Shown here: piece after piece, positions 47,469-58,124 of the stretch | How positions within the stretch are numbered: position 1 is the first letter of the stretch | Layout: each line of letters starts with the position of its first letter | Source of the DNA: Prochlorococcus sp. AG-402-A04 | GTDB lineage: Bacteria; Cyanobacteriota; Cyanobacteriia; PCC-6307; Cyanobiaceae | Assembly: GCA_003278045.1 (NCBI GenBank) | Contig: QCHG01000003.1 | Span: 23,029-87,028, forward strand | Direction: 5' to 3' | Length of the DNA stretch: 64,000 nt | Position numbers and translations under genes: made by a program | Notes under the pieces: generated by a model | What the model was told of the DNA's origin: nothing | What the model saw: the letters and a program-made list of their open reading frames with translations, nothing else | The model's database searches: none

Positions 47469-48545
47469 TTATTTATATTCGTGCATTACCTTATTAAGCC
47501 AGTTCACAACCTTGTTAGCAAATATATCTGCGGAGGCATTTTTTTCTACCCATTCTCTACATTCCTGACGCTTTATTTTTTTAATAATCTCTACATAGGA
47601 AAGCATATTTTTTTTATCATCAGGATTAGCAAGAAAACCTGTTTGACCATGCTTAATAATTTCACTAGGTCCTCCCCTTTTATAGGCTATAACTGGCACC
47701 CCACAGGCTAAAGCTTCAACAATAACGTTCCCATATGCCTCATTCCATTTTGGAGTGTTTAGCAGCCCTCTACATTTACCAAGTTCTTTTTGTAATTCAT
47801 TAGTTGATAAAAATCCCATCCAATCTATAGCGCCTTCAGGGAACGATTTTTCTATATTTGACGCATACATCTCATCTTCTATAAGTCCCCAAACTTTTAA
47901 TTTTTCGCCAAGTTCATTTGCAACATAAACTGCATCTTCCAAACCTTTTTCCGGAGCCACTCTTCCAACCCATGCCAAGGGTCCATTTACTGAATCTTGA
48001 AAAATATAATTATCTAAATTAAACCCATTCCCAATAATTATTGGTTTTTTTATGAATGGATAATCATTAGCTTGCATTTTCGAATGAAAAGCAAAATTAT
48101 TTGGATATTTAGCATATACCTTAAATATTAAATTACTAATTACTAAACTTTCAGAACCCATACTAATAATATGTGCAATAGGTATATCTAAATTTAGCGT
48201 CATCCAAATAGGCAGCCAATCATAGGACATGTTCAACAATACATCTGCATTTTTAGCAATATCTAATCCCTTTTCAAGCATTCCTGCTAAAAGAGAATTG
48301 TCTGGGATACTCACGGGAGAATTATAATTTTGATGCTGCCAACTAATTTGATCTTCACCTTCCACACAATGTAATTTTGCTTTTACATTACTTTCATGTA
48401 ACTTAGAATTTTTTGGAGCTACAACCTCAACAGAATGACCTAAAGAAATTAAACCTGAAACTAAAGAATTTAAAGTTAATTCAACTCCACCGCCTTTGCC
48501 ACTCCCTAAAAACCCTATTGGAGTACTAATCAAAACTATTCGCAT
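47469..48545 (-). CDS. GT4 glycosyltransferase
   Basis: GGVE, GRVAPEKG and EAYGNVIVEALACGVP. Confidence 0.92.
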   Translation of the reverse strand: MRIVLISTPIGFLGSGKGGGVELTLNSLVSGLISLGHSVEVVAPKNSKLHESNVKAKLHCVEGEDQISWQHQNYNSPVSIPDNSLLAGMLEKGLDIAKNADVLLNMSYDWLPIWMTLNLDIPIAHIISMGSESLVISNLIFKVYAKYPNNFAFHSKMQANDYPFIKKPIIIGNGFNLDNYIFQDSVNGPLAWVGRVAPEKGLEDAVYVANELGEKLKVWGLIEDEMYASNIEKSFPEGAIDWMGFLSTNELQKELGKCRGLLNTPKWNEAYGNVIVEALACGVPVIAYKRGGPSEIIKHGQTGFLANPDDKKNMLSYVEIIKKIKRQECREWVEKNASADIFANKVVNWLNKVMHEYK

Positions 48546-48574
48546 TATTAGACTTTTTAAAAAAAAGAAACTAA

Positions 48575-49516
48575 TTAAATAGTAGTATCAGAAAATTTAT
48601 TTTCCCATAAACTCTTTCTCTGGCTAACAAAAAATACTGAGATAAGAACAAACACCACTCCTATCCACTGCACTAGAGTGAGTCTTTCATCTAACCAAAC
48701 ACCTCCACTGAGAAGAGCAAATACAGGTGTTAAAAATGCAAGAGTGCTAAATCCTGTTATTTCTTTATTATTGGCAAAATAGAAAAACAATCCATACGCA
48801 ATTGCTCCTCCAAAAATACTTGCAAATGACATAAGTCCCCAATCAAATATTGTCCATTCTGGAATTATTGTGAAATTTGATTGTAAGCAGTGCTTAATAA
48901 TTAAGGGCAAACTCCCTAAAACCATATGCCAACCTGTAACTGCAACTGGATCACTTTTAGTACAAGTGAATCTAATTAAAATAGTACCTAGTGCCATAGC
49001 CAGAGAAGCTGCAAGCATCCAAAGTTCTCCAAAGTTAAAAGCAACATCATTTATAGACTTATCAGACATCAACCACAAATTCCCTAAAAATTCTTGTGGA
49101 ACTCCTAAAAATACTATTCCTCCCAATCCAAAAAGTAGTCCTAACCATCCTATTGGATTAATTAAATTCCCAAAAATTGCCCTCGCTAAAATAGCTACCA
49201 AAAGCGGTTGAGAATCAATTAAGACAGAACCTAAACCTGCTCCAGTTTTTTCAATGCCATAAGTTAAAAACAACTGAAAAAAAGTAGCATCAACAATCGT
49301 AAAAACAAAAAACCACTTCAAATCGCATTTATAAATTTTTAGATCTCTTTTAAACAAATATGTTGTTATTAGAACAAGAATACCTGCTGGAAGTAATCTT
49401 AAAGAAGCCACAAACTCTGGCCCAGCACTAGATACTAAAGGAGTCATGGCCGCCATTGAAGTACCCCAAAGTGCAAAAGGGAGTATCATTAAAAACCAAT
49501 TTAGGATTGAATTCAT
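48575..49516 (-). CDS. DMT/EamA transporter
   Basis: Two EamA repeats, about 10 TM helices. Confidence 0.9.
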   Translation of the reverse strand: MNSILNWFLMILPFALWGTSMAAMTPLVSSAGPEFVASLRLLPAGILVLITTYLFKRDLKIYKCDLKWFFVFTIVDATFFQLFLTYGIEKTGAGLGSVLIDSQPLLVAILARAIFGNLINPIGWLGLLFGLGGIVFLGVPQEFLGNLWLMSDKSINDVAFNFGELWMLAASLAMALGTILIRFTCTKSDPVAVTGWHMVLGSLPLIIKHCLQSNFTIIPEWTIFDWGLMSFASIFGGAIAYGLFFYFANNKEITGFSTLAFLTPVFALLSGGVWLDERLTLVQWIGVVFVLISVFFVSQRKSLWENKFSDTTI

Positions 49517-49568
49517 TAAGTCTGCTGATAGTCTTTTTAAAGTAGTTTTATGAATTTACCTTAAAAGA

Positions 49569-50378
49569 ATGATTTGGCCTTTTAGACGAAAGTCAAAAAA
49601 AAGAATAGCTCGTATAGTAATTGATGAGCCTATCACAAGTTCAACAAGAGTTTCAGTCCTTAAAGCTCTTAAACAAATTGAGGATAGAGAATTTCCCGCT
49701 TTAATCGTGAGAATTGATTCCCCAGGGGGTACCGTTGGGGATAGCCAAGAAATATATTCTGCTATTAAAAGACTAAAGGATAAAGGATGTAAAGTAATTG
49801 CTAGTTTTGGGAACATCTCAGCATCAGGAGGCGTTTACATTGGTGTTGCATCTGACAAAATAGTTGCTAATCCAGGCACAATTACAGGATCTATTGGAGT
49901 TATTATAAGAGGAAATAATTTATCTGAATTATTAGATAAAATCGGCATTAAATTTGAGACTGTTAAAAGCGGTGTATTTAAAGATATACTTTCGCCAGAT
50001 AAACCTCTAAGTGAGGAAGGTAGAGGTCTACTCCAAGGGCTTATAGATGAAAGTTACAAGCAATTTACTGAAGCTGTTGCTGAAGGAAGGAATTTACCAG
50101 TTGAAGAAGTAAGAAAATTTGCTGATGGAAGAATTTTCACTGGAACACAAGCACTCGAACTTGGTCTTGTTGATAAGATTGGAGATGAATTTGTTGCAAG
50201 GGAGCTAGCTGCAGAAATGGTTAATATTGATCCTAAAATTCAGCCCTTAACATTTGGGAAGAAGAAGAAAAAAATACTTGGACTAATTCCTGGAAGTAGA
50301 ATGATTGAAAAAATCATCAATAATATCTTTTTTGAGTTTGATTCATCCAATAAAGTACTTTGGTTATACAAGCCTTAA
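49569..50378 (+). CDS. sppA: signal peptide peptidase SppA
   Basis: DSPGG, SASGG, GSIGV and GLVDKIG. Confidence 0.95.
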   Translation: MIWPFRRKSKKRIARIVIDEPITSSTRVSVLKALKQIEDREFPALIVRIDSPGGTVGDSQEIYSAIKRLKDKGCKVIASFGNISASGGVYIGVASDKIVANPGTITGSIGVIIRGNNLSELLDKIGIKFETVKSGVFKDILSPDKPLSEEGRGLLQGLIDESYKQFTEAVAEGRNLPVEEVRKFADGRIFTGTQALELGLVDKIGDEFVARELAAEMVNIDPKIQPLTFGKKKKKILGLIPGSRMIEKIINNIFFEFDSSNKVLWLYKP

Positions 50379-50384
50379 AGCAAT

Positions 50385-50768
50385 ATGTATGAAAAAATGA
50401 AAGATGATTATAAAATTACATTTATTCGCGGTGCTACAACAGCATCCGGGAATTCTGTTAGTGAAATAGAAATTGCCGTAGTGGAATTAATTGATGAATT
50501 AATTTCACGAAACAATCTAATCAAAACGAACATCCTATCCATTACATTCACAGCGACAAAAGATTTAAATGCATGTTTCCCCGCTTCAATTGCAAGGAAA
50601 TTTAATGGACTTGATTCAGTTGCCTTTTTAGACTGCCAACAAATGCACGTATCAAATGATGTTGATTTTTGTATAAGAATAATGGCTCAAGTTTTATTAC
50701 CGCCAAATTATGAAATAAAGCACCCTTACTTAAAAGGCGCTGCAAAATTAAGGACAGATAGATGTTAA
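50385..50768 (+). CDS. aroH: chorismate mutase AroH
   Basis: IRGATT, FPA, CIR and YLKGAAKLR. Confidence 0.93.
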   Translation: MYEKMKDDYKITFIRGATTASGNSVSEIEIAVVELIDELISRNNLIKTNILSITFTATKDLNACFPASIARKFNGLDSVAFLDCQQMHVSNDVDFCIRIMAQVLLPPNYEIKHPYLKGAAKLRTDRC

Positions 50769-50839
50769 CCTTAGTGAAATTATTTTCCTGCTTTAAATTT
50801 GAATAGCAAGAACTCTAGCTTTAAATTCCACTCCCTATA

Positions 50840-51418
50840 ATGTTAAAAATCACAATGAATCCTAATTTAAATTTAAAAATTTTAAGATTTTTTATTATCC
50901 CTACAATTTTAGTTTTAACTCCTTTTTTTAATAAAATTCAAGATGCTAAAGCGGCGATGGAATTCCAGTGGGATCAAGACGATAGTTATAGAAGATTAAA
51001 GTGGTTTCAAAAAGAAAATAAAAAAAGATTTAGAAATAAAATTTATTTTTTCTTGAGGCCATCTGATAGAAGAACAGATCTCTTAAAAATTAATCTAGCA
51101 ATTCCTAAGACCTTTAAATCCACTTTAAAAAACGAAAAAATTAGTTTTTGCAAAGTAAAAATAGGTGGTTTTGAGGGTAGAACTAAATGTTTAGAAGACA
51201 TTCCAGCTGATTTCGAAATAAAGACTGATGAATCAGGCTTACGATCCCTAGATATTTACCCTTATAGCCCAATTCCCATTAACAAAAACAGTTATGCAAT
51301 TGTCTTTAAAATCTTCAATCCAAAAAAAGCAGGGTTATATCAATTTCATTCATTCGGGCAACCTAAAGGGAAATCATTTTCAAGTTATTTAGGAAGCTGG
51401 ACTATAGTGATCGATTAA
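50840..51418 (+). CDS. DUF2808-family secreted protein
   Basis: Signal peptide, NPKKAGLYQF and YLGSW. Confidence 0.8.
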   Translation: MLKITMNPNLNLKILRFFIIPTILVLTPFFNKIQDAKAAMEFQWDQDDSYRRLKWFQKENKKRFRNKIYFFLRPSDRRTDLLKINLAIPKTFKSTLKNEKISFCKVKIGGFEGRTKCLEDIPADFEIKTDESGLRSLDIYPYSPIPINKNSYAIVFKIFNPKKAGLYQFHSFGQPKGKSFSSYLGSWTIVID

Positions 51419-51448
51419 ATGATAAATTAAATAAGGATAATTAAAAAA

Positions 51449-51586
51449 ATGACTAAAAGAACTTTTGGCGGAACTTCAAGAAAAAGAAAACGTGTATCTG
51501 GTTTTAGAGTAAGAATGCGTTCTCATACAGGTAGAAGAGTTATTAAAAGCAGAAGACAAAAAGGTAGAGAAAGAATAGCTGTATAA
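51449..51586 (+). CDS. rpmH: 50S ribosomal protein L34
   Basis: [45 protein letters not shown]; missed by the ORF track. Confidence 0.97.
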
Positions 51587-51598
51587 ATTTTAATTCAA

Positions 51599-51985
51599 AT
51601 GGCCTTACCTAAGGATATGCGTTTAAAAGGTCATAGGACTTTTAATTACATTCACAAAAATTCCATAACTTATCATGGAAAATTAATGACTTTTAAAATT
51701 GCAAAATCAAATCCAGCAATACTCTTAACCCATAAATTCACAAATACCTCAAATAATTTTAGGATTGCAATTGCTGTTAGCAAAAAAGTTTCAAAAAAAG
51801 CTGTAGAAAGAAACAAATTAAGAAGAATTCTGCAAGAGTGGTTATTAACAAACATTCAAAAAATTAATAACCACAAACCTTATTGGTTACTTGTTAACCT
51901 TAAATTTGGGGATTTCTGCAATGATAAAAGCAGCCTTTTGGAGGAATTTCAAAACTTAATGTTCAAATCTCGCCTAATCAAATGA
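51599..51985 (+). CDS. rnpA: ribonuclease P protein component
   Basis: VSKKVSKKAVERNKLRR; lies after rpmH. Confidence 0.95.
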   Translation: MALPKDMRLKGHRTFNYIHKNSITYHGKLMTFKIAKSNPAILLTHKFTNTSNNFRIAIAVSKKVSKKAVERNKLRRILQEWLLTNIQKINNHKPYWLLVNLKFGDFCNDKSSLLEEFQNLMFKSRLIK

Positions 51986-52395
51986 TTAACATGAATGAAG
52001 AAACCTTTTATGAAGGTGGTCCTGCTAAGAGTGATTTAATAATAAATCTTTTAGCAGGAATAACTATACTTGGTTTGCCATTTACCTTTGCCGCAATAGT
52101 TAGAGCATTGTGGTTGAGATATAAAATTACAAACAAAAGAATTACCATAGATGGTGGCTGGTTTGGCAAAAATAAAACACAAGTCTCATTAAGTAATATT
52201 GAAGAAATCAGATCTATTCCAAGGGGATTCGGTTCATATGGTGACATGGTTCTTATCCTTAACGATGGATCAAAGGTTGAAATGAAATCATTACCTTTAT
52301 TCAGAGAAAAGCAAAAATTTATTGAAGAAAATATAAACAAAAGATCACAAATACCAAATCTCAACGAGGTAGAAGGTTTTGCTACTAAATCCTAA
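51982..52395 (+). CDS. bacterial PH domain-containing membrane protein
   Basis: YKITNKRI and YGDMV; in the rnpA-yidC operon. Confidence 0.85.
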   Translation: MINMNEETFYEGGPAKSDLIINLLAGITILGLPFTFAAIVRALWLRYKITNKRITIDGGWFGKNKTQVSLSNIEEIRSIPRGFGSYGDMVLILNDGSKVEMKSLPLFREKQKFIEENINKRSQIPNLNEVEGFATKS

Positions 52396-52467
52396 ATAAA
52401 TTAATTACAAAAATCTTTTTTTCCTGTAAAATAAAATGTCTAATACAATTACACTCTCTTTAATATC

Positions 52468-53610
52468 GTGATAGGGTTCATTTCTGAAAAACTACTTATC
52501 CCGATTCTAGATTTTTTCTACGGTCTAGTACCTAGTTATGGTTTAGCGATTGTTGCATTGACAGTCGTAATTAGAATTGCACTTTTTCCTCTAAGCGCTG
52601 GTTCCATTAGGAGCGCAAGGAGGATGAAAATTGCCCAACCAGTAATGCAAAAAAGGCAAGCAGAAATAAAATCTAAGTTTTCAGGTGATCCAAAGAAACA
52701 GCAAGAAGAGCTTGGAAAATTAATGAATGAATTTGGTAGTCCCCTCGCAGGTTGCCTACCATTGATAGTACAAATGCCCGTACTATTTGCATTGTTTGCA
52801 ACCCTAAGAGGCTCACCATTCGCTGATGTCCCCTACAACATAAATCTCAAAGTCGTCCCACAAGATCAGTTAGCAGCCATTGATCCAAAACCTTACAAAT
52901 CCCCACGACACTCTATTTTTATCACCGAAAAATCACATTTTCCTGTAATCGCTACGATACCTAGTGGAACAAAATTAGGCACAGAAGAATCCATAAAAGT
53001 AAATTTAGAAACAACAAATGGCAATAGCTATTCTGAAGTTTTATCTAAATATGACAACGGATCCAAGTTCCTCCCGACTTGGACGGTTTCCAAGGGATCA
53101 GAAAATCTTAAAGTTTCCCAAGACGGAATAGTCACAGCAATCAAACCGGGTGATGCAACAATCGAGGCGAAAATCCCTGGTCTAGCTGCTAAAAGTGGTT
53201 TTTTATTTATTAAAGCTCTTGGTCAAGTTGGTTTTTATGTAGATGGTGCAATTAATTGGGATATTGCTGCATTAGTGGGTGCCTTTGGATTAACCTTACT
53301 CCTCTCTCAAGTTTTATCAAGTCAGGGGATGCCTGCGAATCCACAGCAATCAACAGCAAATAAAATTACACCAGTCATGATAACTGGCATGTTTCTATTT
53401 TTCCCACTACCCGCTGGAGTTTTACTCTACATGGTCGTTGCTAATATTTTTCAGGCATTTCAGACTTTTCTGCTTAATAAAGAAGCTCTTCCTGAGAATT
53501 TACAGAAAATTTTGGATCAACAATTATTGGCAAAAAATGAAGTAATAACAACTTCTGCTTCAACTATCTCAGATAAAAGATTACCTTTCGAACCCAACAG
53601 TAAAAAATAG
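52468..53610 (+). CDS. yidC: membrane protein insertase YidC
   Basis: [10 protein letters not shown] and PAGVLLY. Confidence 0.97.
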   Translation: MIGFISEKLLIPILDFFYGLVPSYGLAIVALTVVIRIALFPLSAGSIRSARRMKIAQPVMQKRQAEIKSKFSGDPKKQQEELGKLMNEFGSPLAGCLPLIVQMPVLFALFATLRGSPFADVPYNINLKVVPQDQLAAIDPKPYKSPRHSIFITEKSHFPVIATIPSGTKLGTEESIKVNLETTNGNSYSEVLSKYDNGSKFLPTWTVSKGSENLKVSQDGIVTAIKPGDATIEAKIPGLAAKSGFLFIKALGQVGFYVDGAINWDIAALVGAFGLTLLLSQVLSSQGMPANPQQSTANKITPVMITGMFLFFPLPAGVLLYMVVANIFQAFQTFLLNKEALPENLQKILDQQLLAKNEVITTSASTISDKRLPFEPNSKK

Positions 53611-53625
53611 TTTAAATCTTAAATA

Positions 53626-55092
53626 ATGAATTCTTGGTGTAGAAATTTAGAATTACTCATAAAATCAAGAACTTCATTAATTTGGATCAGGACTAAAGAA
53701 GAAGAAAGATTAGAAAAATTAGTTAATATATCTTGTGAAAGACTAAATATAAAAAGATTCGTTTCCTGGGATTGTGTTAGCGGTATAAAAGGATTAATAA
53801 ATGAAGAAGGTAAATTTTCCAACAATCCGTTAGGAGTACTTAATTGGCTTAAAGAACTAAATTCTGAAGTTTCAACAGTTTTATTAGTTAAAGATTTTCA
53901 TAAATTTTATGATGACCCAACTATTAATAGAACCATTAAAAAACTATCTTCTGAGCTTAAGGAAACTAGTAATAATTTAATTATTAGTTCTCACCTATTC
54001 CCATCTTCAGAAGAACTAGATGAATTAATGACAATTTTAAACTTGCCTTTACCTGATCAAAATGAATTAAAAAATCTAATAAAAAAAATTGCTATAAATA
54101 CAAATTCAAATCTTGAGGAACAAGACTTAAACGAACTTTCTATAGCTTCAAGTGGCCTAACCGAAATAAAAGTAAAACAAGTCACTGCAAAGGCACTTGC
54201 TCAAAGAGGAAAAATAAGTAAAGAAGATATTAAAGATATTCTTGAAGAGAAAAAACAAGTAATCGCCAGAAGTGAAATTTTAGAATTTTTTGAAGCTAAA
54301 TCAAGTCAAGATGATATTGGTGGTTTGAATGTTTTAAAAGTTTGGCTTAATCAAAGATACAGGGCCTTTTCTAAAGAAGCTAGAAACTATGGATTACCTA
54401 TTCCCAAGGGAGTCTTACTCGTTGGAGCTCAAGGAACAGGGAAATCTCTAACCGCAAAATCAATTTCTAAGAGTTGGTCTATGCCACTGCTTAGGCTAGA
54501 TGTTGGAAGACTATTTTCTAGCCTTGTTGGTTCAAGTGAGGCAAGAACAAGAGAAACAATATCGAGAGCTGAGGCCATGTCTCCTTGTATCCTATGGATC
54601 GATGAAATTGACAAGGGCTTTGGTGGCGACGCTAGAAGTGACGGAGGAACAAGTCAAAGGGTTTTGGCAAGTTTGCTAACTTGGATGGCTGAAAAAGAAA
54701 CCGCTGTATTCGTCATAGCTACCGCTAATGCTATAGATAAGCTTCCTGCTGAATTATTAAGAAAAGGTAGATTTGATGAGATATTTTTTCTTGATTTACC
54801 AAATTCTCAAGAAAGATTAAGCATTCTTAATTTACATCTTAAAAAAAGAAGGCCAAGTTACAACTTTCCTCTATCTACAATAATTGACAGAACAGATGGC
54901 TTCTCAGGAGCAGAACTTGAACAAGCAGTTATAGAGGGGATGCACATTTCATTCTCGGAAAATAGAGAGCTTATGGAGAAAGATTTGATCAAGGCCGTTT
55001 CTGAATTAGTTCCCTTATCGAGAACAGCTAAAGAGCAAATTAATTTACTAAAAAACTGGTCATCTTCTGGGCGGGCTCGTTCTGCATCGTAA
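53626..55092 (+). CDS. Ycf46-like AAA+ ATPase
   Basis: GAQGTGKS, WIDEIDK and LLRKGRFDE. Confidence 0.9.
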   Translation: MNSWCRNLELLIKSRTSLIWIRTKEEERLEKLVNISCERLNIKRFVSWDCVSGIKGLINEEGKFSNNPLGVLNWLKELNSEVSTVLLVKDFHKFYDDPTINRTIKKLSSELKETSNNLIISSHLFPSSEELDELMTILNLPLPDQNELKNLIKKIAINTNSNLEEQDLNELSIASSGLTEIKVKQVTAKALAQRGKISKEDIKDILEEKKQVIARSEILEFFEAKSSQDDIGGLNVLKVWLNQRYRAFSKEARNYGLPIPKGVLLVGAQGTGKSLTAKSISKSWSMPLLRLDVGRLFSSLVGSSEARTRETISRAEAMSPCILWIDEIDKGFGGDARSDGGTSQRVLASLLTWMAEKETAVFVIATANAIDKLPAELLRKGRFDEIFFLDLPNSQERLSILNLHLKKRRPSYNFPLSTIIDRTDGFSGAELEQAVIEGMHISFSENRELMEKDLIKAVSELVPLSRTAKEQINLLKNWSSSGRARSAS

Positions 55093-55217
55093 AAAAATTT
55101 TAATTTATTGAAAGATATTTCATAAGTTAGGAATCATTAATTTAGTTAATTTTTCATCAAAAATCCCAAATAATTAATTTAGATTAACTATCTTAATTAA
55201 TGTATTAAAAAAAAAGA

Positions 55218-56495
55218 GTGTTAGATCAAAAATTAATAAGAGAAAATCCAACATCTGTTGAAGAGAATTTGTCCTTAAGAGGAAAAGTTTATAAAATATC
55301 CTACATACACGAATTAACTATTAAAAAGAAGCAAATTGATATAGAAATATCCAGTCTGCAATCCGAGAGCAAAAAATTAAGCAAATCAATCGGGCAAGTA
55401 ATTGGGGAATCACAAAACAAAAATACACAAGAACTAAATGATTTGAAGAAAAAGGGAAACGAATACAGAATTAAAATTTCCGAACTTGAAGAGGCACAAA
55501 GAATATTAGATGAACAAATAAGAAATGAGATCTATAAATTACCAAATTTTCCTAGCAAAGATGCGCCTATTGGAAAAGACGAAAGTGATAATGTTCAAAT
55601 AAAAACTTGGGGTGATCCTCTAATAAAAGAGAACCTAAAATCACACTGGGAAATAGGAGAAAATCTTAATATTTTTGAATCTGCGAAATCGACAAAAATA
55701 TCAAAAAGTCGTTTTATTACTCTTATTGGTGATGGAGCCAGATTAGAAAGAGCATTGATTAATTTCATGCTCGATATGCATACCAAAAATAATTATTTAG
55801 AATTAATGCTTCCAGCATTAGTAAATTCAGAAAGTCTTACTGGATCAGGTCAATTACCTAAATTTTCAAATGAAAGTTTTAAATGTTCTAATGACGATCT
55901 ATGGCTTTCTCCCACTGCTGAAGTTCCCCTGACTGCTTTTCATAGAAATAATATTATTGATTCCAAGCAATTACCCCTTAAGTATGTTGCATATAGCCCA
56001 TGTTTTAGGAGAGAAGCTGGGAGTTATGGAAGGGATACTAAAGGTCTAATAAGACTTCATCAATTTAATAAAGTTGAACTATATTGGTTTTGTGATCCAA
56101 GTAAATCTATTGAAGCTCATAAAAAGATCACTTTAGATGCAGAAAGTATTTTAAAAAAGCTTAATCTACCTTATAGATTAGTTGATATTTGTACTGGAGA
56201 CTTAGGTTTTTCTGCAAGCAGAACTTTTGATCTTGAAGTCTGGCTACCAAGTAGTAAATGTTATAGGGAAATTTCAAGTTGTAGCAACTGTCTAGACTTT
56301 CAAGCACGCAGATCATCAATAAGAGCAAAAATTGATAAAAAAAATACATATATACATACCTTAAATGGAAGTGGGCTTGCGATTGGAAGAACTATGGCTG
56401 CTATTCTTGAGAATGGCCAACAAACTGATGGGAGCGTAAAAATTCCAGATGCTCTTGTTCCATATTTTGGATCAAATATTTTAAAAACTGCTTAA
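55218..56495 (+). CDS. serS: serine--tRNA ligase
   Basis: PTAE, FRREAG, EISSCSN and TLNGSGLA. Confidence 0.98.
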   Translation: MLDQKLIRENPTSVEENLSLRGKVYKISYIHELTIKKKQIDIEISSLQSESKKLSKSIGQVIGESQNKNTQELNDLKKKGNEYRIKISELEEAQRILDEQIRNEIYKLPNFPSKDAPIGKDESDNVQIKTWGDPLIKENLKSHWEIGENLNIFESAKSTKISKSRFITLIGDGARLERALINFMLDMHTKNNYLELMLPALVNSESLTGSGQLPKFSNESFKCSNDDLWLSPTAEVPLTAFHRNNIIDSKQLPLKYVAYSPCFRREAGSYGRDTKGLIRLHQFNKVELYWFCDPSKSIEAHKKITLDAESILKKLNLPYRLVDICTGDLGFSASRTFDLEVWLPSSKCYREISSCSNCLDFQARRSSIRAKIDKKNTYIHTLNGSGLAIGRTMAAILENGQQTDGSVKIPDALVPYFGSNILKTA

Positions 56496-56504
56496 TATAT
56501 TTAA

Positions 56505-57584
56505 ATGAATGTTTTAACCTCAATTACTGTTCTGGGATTTCTCATTTTTTTTCATGAGATGGGACATTTTCTTGCGGCAATTTTGCAAGGTATATATGTT
56601 GATGGATTTTCAATTGGTTTTGGACCATCAATAATTCAGAAAAGATATAAAAACATAACCTATTCACTTAGAGCTTTTCCATTAGGGGGATTTGTTTCCT
56701 TCCCTGATGAAGAAATAAATAATATTGACCCTAAAGATCCAAATCTTTTAAAAAATAGACCAGTTATTCAAAGAGTAATTGTTATATCCGCTGGAGTATT
56801 TGCTAACTTAATTCTTGCCTATACTATCTTAATAGTAAATGTAACTACTATTGGAATTCCATTTGATCCCGAGCCTGGAATTTTAGTTTTGGCTACTCAG
56901 CCTGAGAAGGCTGCTTCTCTTGCTGGATTACAAGCAGGGGATAAAGTCTTAAAAATCGAAAGCAATATTTTAGGAGTTGGCGATCAAGCAGTTTCTGCTT
57001 TAGTAAAAAAGATTCAAAATGCATCAGAGAAACCAATTTCGATAACAATTGATAGAGATGGAGTTCTGAAAGATTTAACTTTGGTCCCAAAAAACATAGA
57101 TGGAAAGGGTACAATAGGTGCTCAATTGCAACCAAACATAAGGAAAGATACTAAAAAGACAAAGAACATCTTTGAACTTTTCAAATACACTAATAATGAG
57201 TTTTCATCACTTTTAGTAAAAACAATTCAAGGTTATAAAGGATTAATAACAAATTTTTCTTCAACAGCTCAGCAATTAAGTGGGCCTGTCAAAATTGTTG
57301 AAATTGGTGCTCAACTATCACAACAGGGAGGGACAGGGATTTTATTATTTGCGGCTTTAATTTCTATTAATTTAGCAGTACTTAATTCGTTGCCTTTACC
57401 ATTATTAGACGGAGGACAACTTGTTTTCACTTTAATTGAAGGGTTTAGAGGTAAACCTGTTCCAGTCAAGATACAAATTTTTGTTACTCAATCCAGTTTT
57501 TTTCTTTTAGTTGGTTTAAGTGTGCTGCTCATTATCAGAGATACTAGTCAACTTTTAATAGTGCAAAGATTATTAAACCAATAA
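56505..57584 (+). CDS. rseP: RIP metalloprotease RseP
   Basis: HEMGH, PDZ domain and NSLPLPLLDGG. Confidence 0.95.
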   Translation: MNVLTSITVLGFLIFFHEMGHFLAAILQGIYVDGFSIGFGPSIIQKRYKNITYSLRAFPLGGFVSFPDEEINNIDPKDPNLLKNRPVIQRVIVISAGVFANLILAYTILIVNVTTIGIPFDPEPGILVLATQPEKAASLAGLQAGDKVLKIESNILGVGDQAVSALVKKIQNASEKPISITIDRDGVLKDLTLVPKNIDGKGTIGAQLQPNIRKDTKKTKNIFELFKYTNNEFSSLLVKTIQGYKGLITNFSSTAQQLSGPVKIVEIGAQLSQQGGTGILLFAALISINLAVLNSLPLPLLDGGQLVFTLIEGFRGKPVPVKIQIFVTQSSFFLLVGLSVLLIIRDTSQLLIVQRLLNQ

Positions 57585-57644
57585 ATAATTTAAAAATTGT
57601 TAGCCGAGCTGTTAATATATTAAATAGTTTAAATATTCTGATAA

Positions 57645-57947
57645 ATGGCTAAAAAGTCCATGATTGCAAGAGAGGTCAAACGCAAAAAGCTTGTAAAAAA
57701 ATATGCTGCCAAGAGGAAATCACTTTTAGAAGAATTCAATGCCGCAAAAGATCCAATGCAAAGATTAGATATACATAGAAAGATTCAAGCTCTGCCTAGA
57801 AATTCTGCTCCTAATAGAGTTAGAAACAGATGTTGGGCGACTGGGAAACCAAGAGGTGTTTATAGAGATTTCGGTTTATGTAGAAATCAATTAAGACAAA
57901 GAGCTCATAATGGTGAACTACCTGGAGTTGTGAAATCTAGTTGGTAG
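57645..57947 (+). CDS. rpsN: 30S ribosomal protein S14
   Basis: [12 protein letters not shown] and [11 protein letters not shown]. Confidence 0.98.
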   Translation: MAKKSMIAREVKRKKLVKKYAAKRKSLLEEFNAAKDPMQRLDIHRKIQALPRNSAPNRVRNRCWATGKPRGVYRDFGLCRNQLRQRAHNGELPGVVKSSW

Positions 57948-58124
57948 GAAATTTTTTTAGTAAATTATTTTTTTATTTCTATTTGCATTTAAAAGAACGA
58001 ATTTTCAATTTTAAATAAACTGTTTAACTTATTTCTATAATTTTTAAAGTTAATTTAAAAAATTTGCTCAATTTGTCCCTATAAAATGTAAGAATAAATT
58101 ATGTATAGATTTATAATTTAAAAA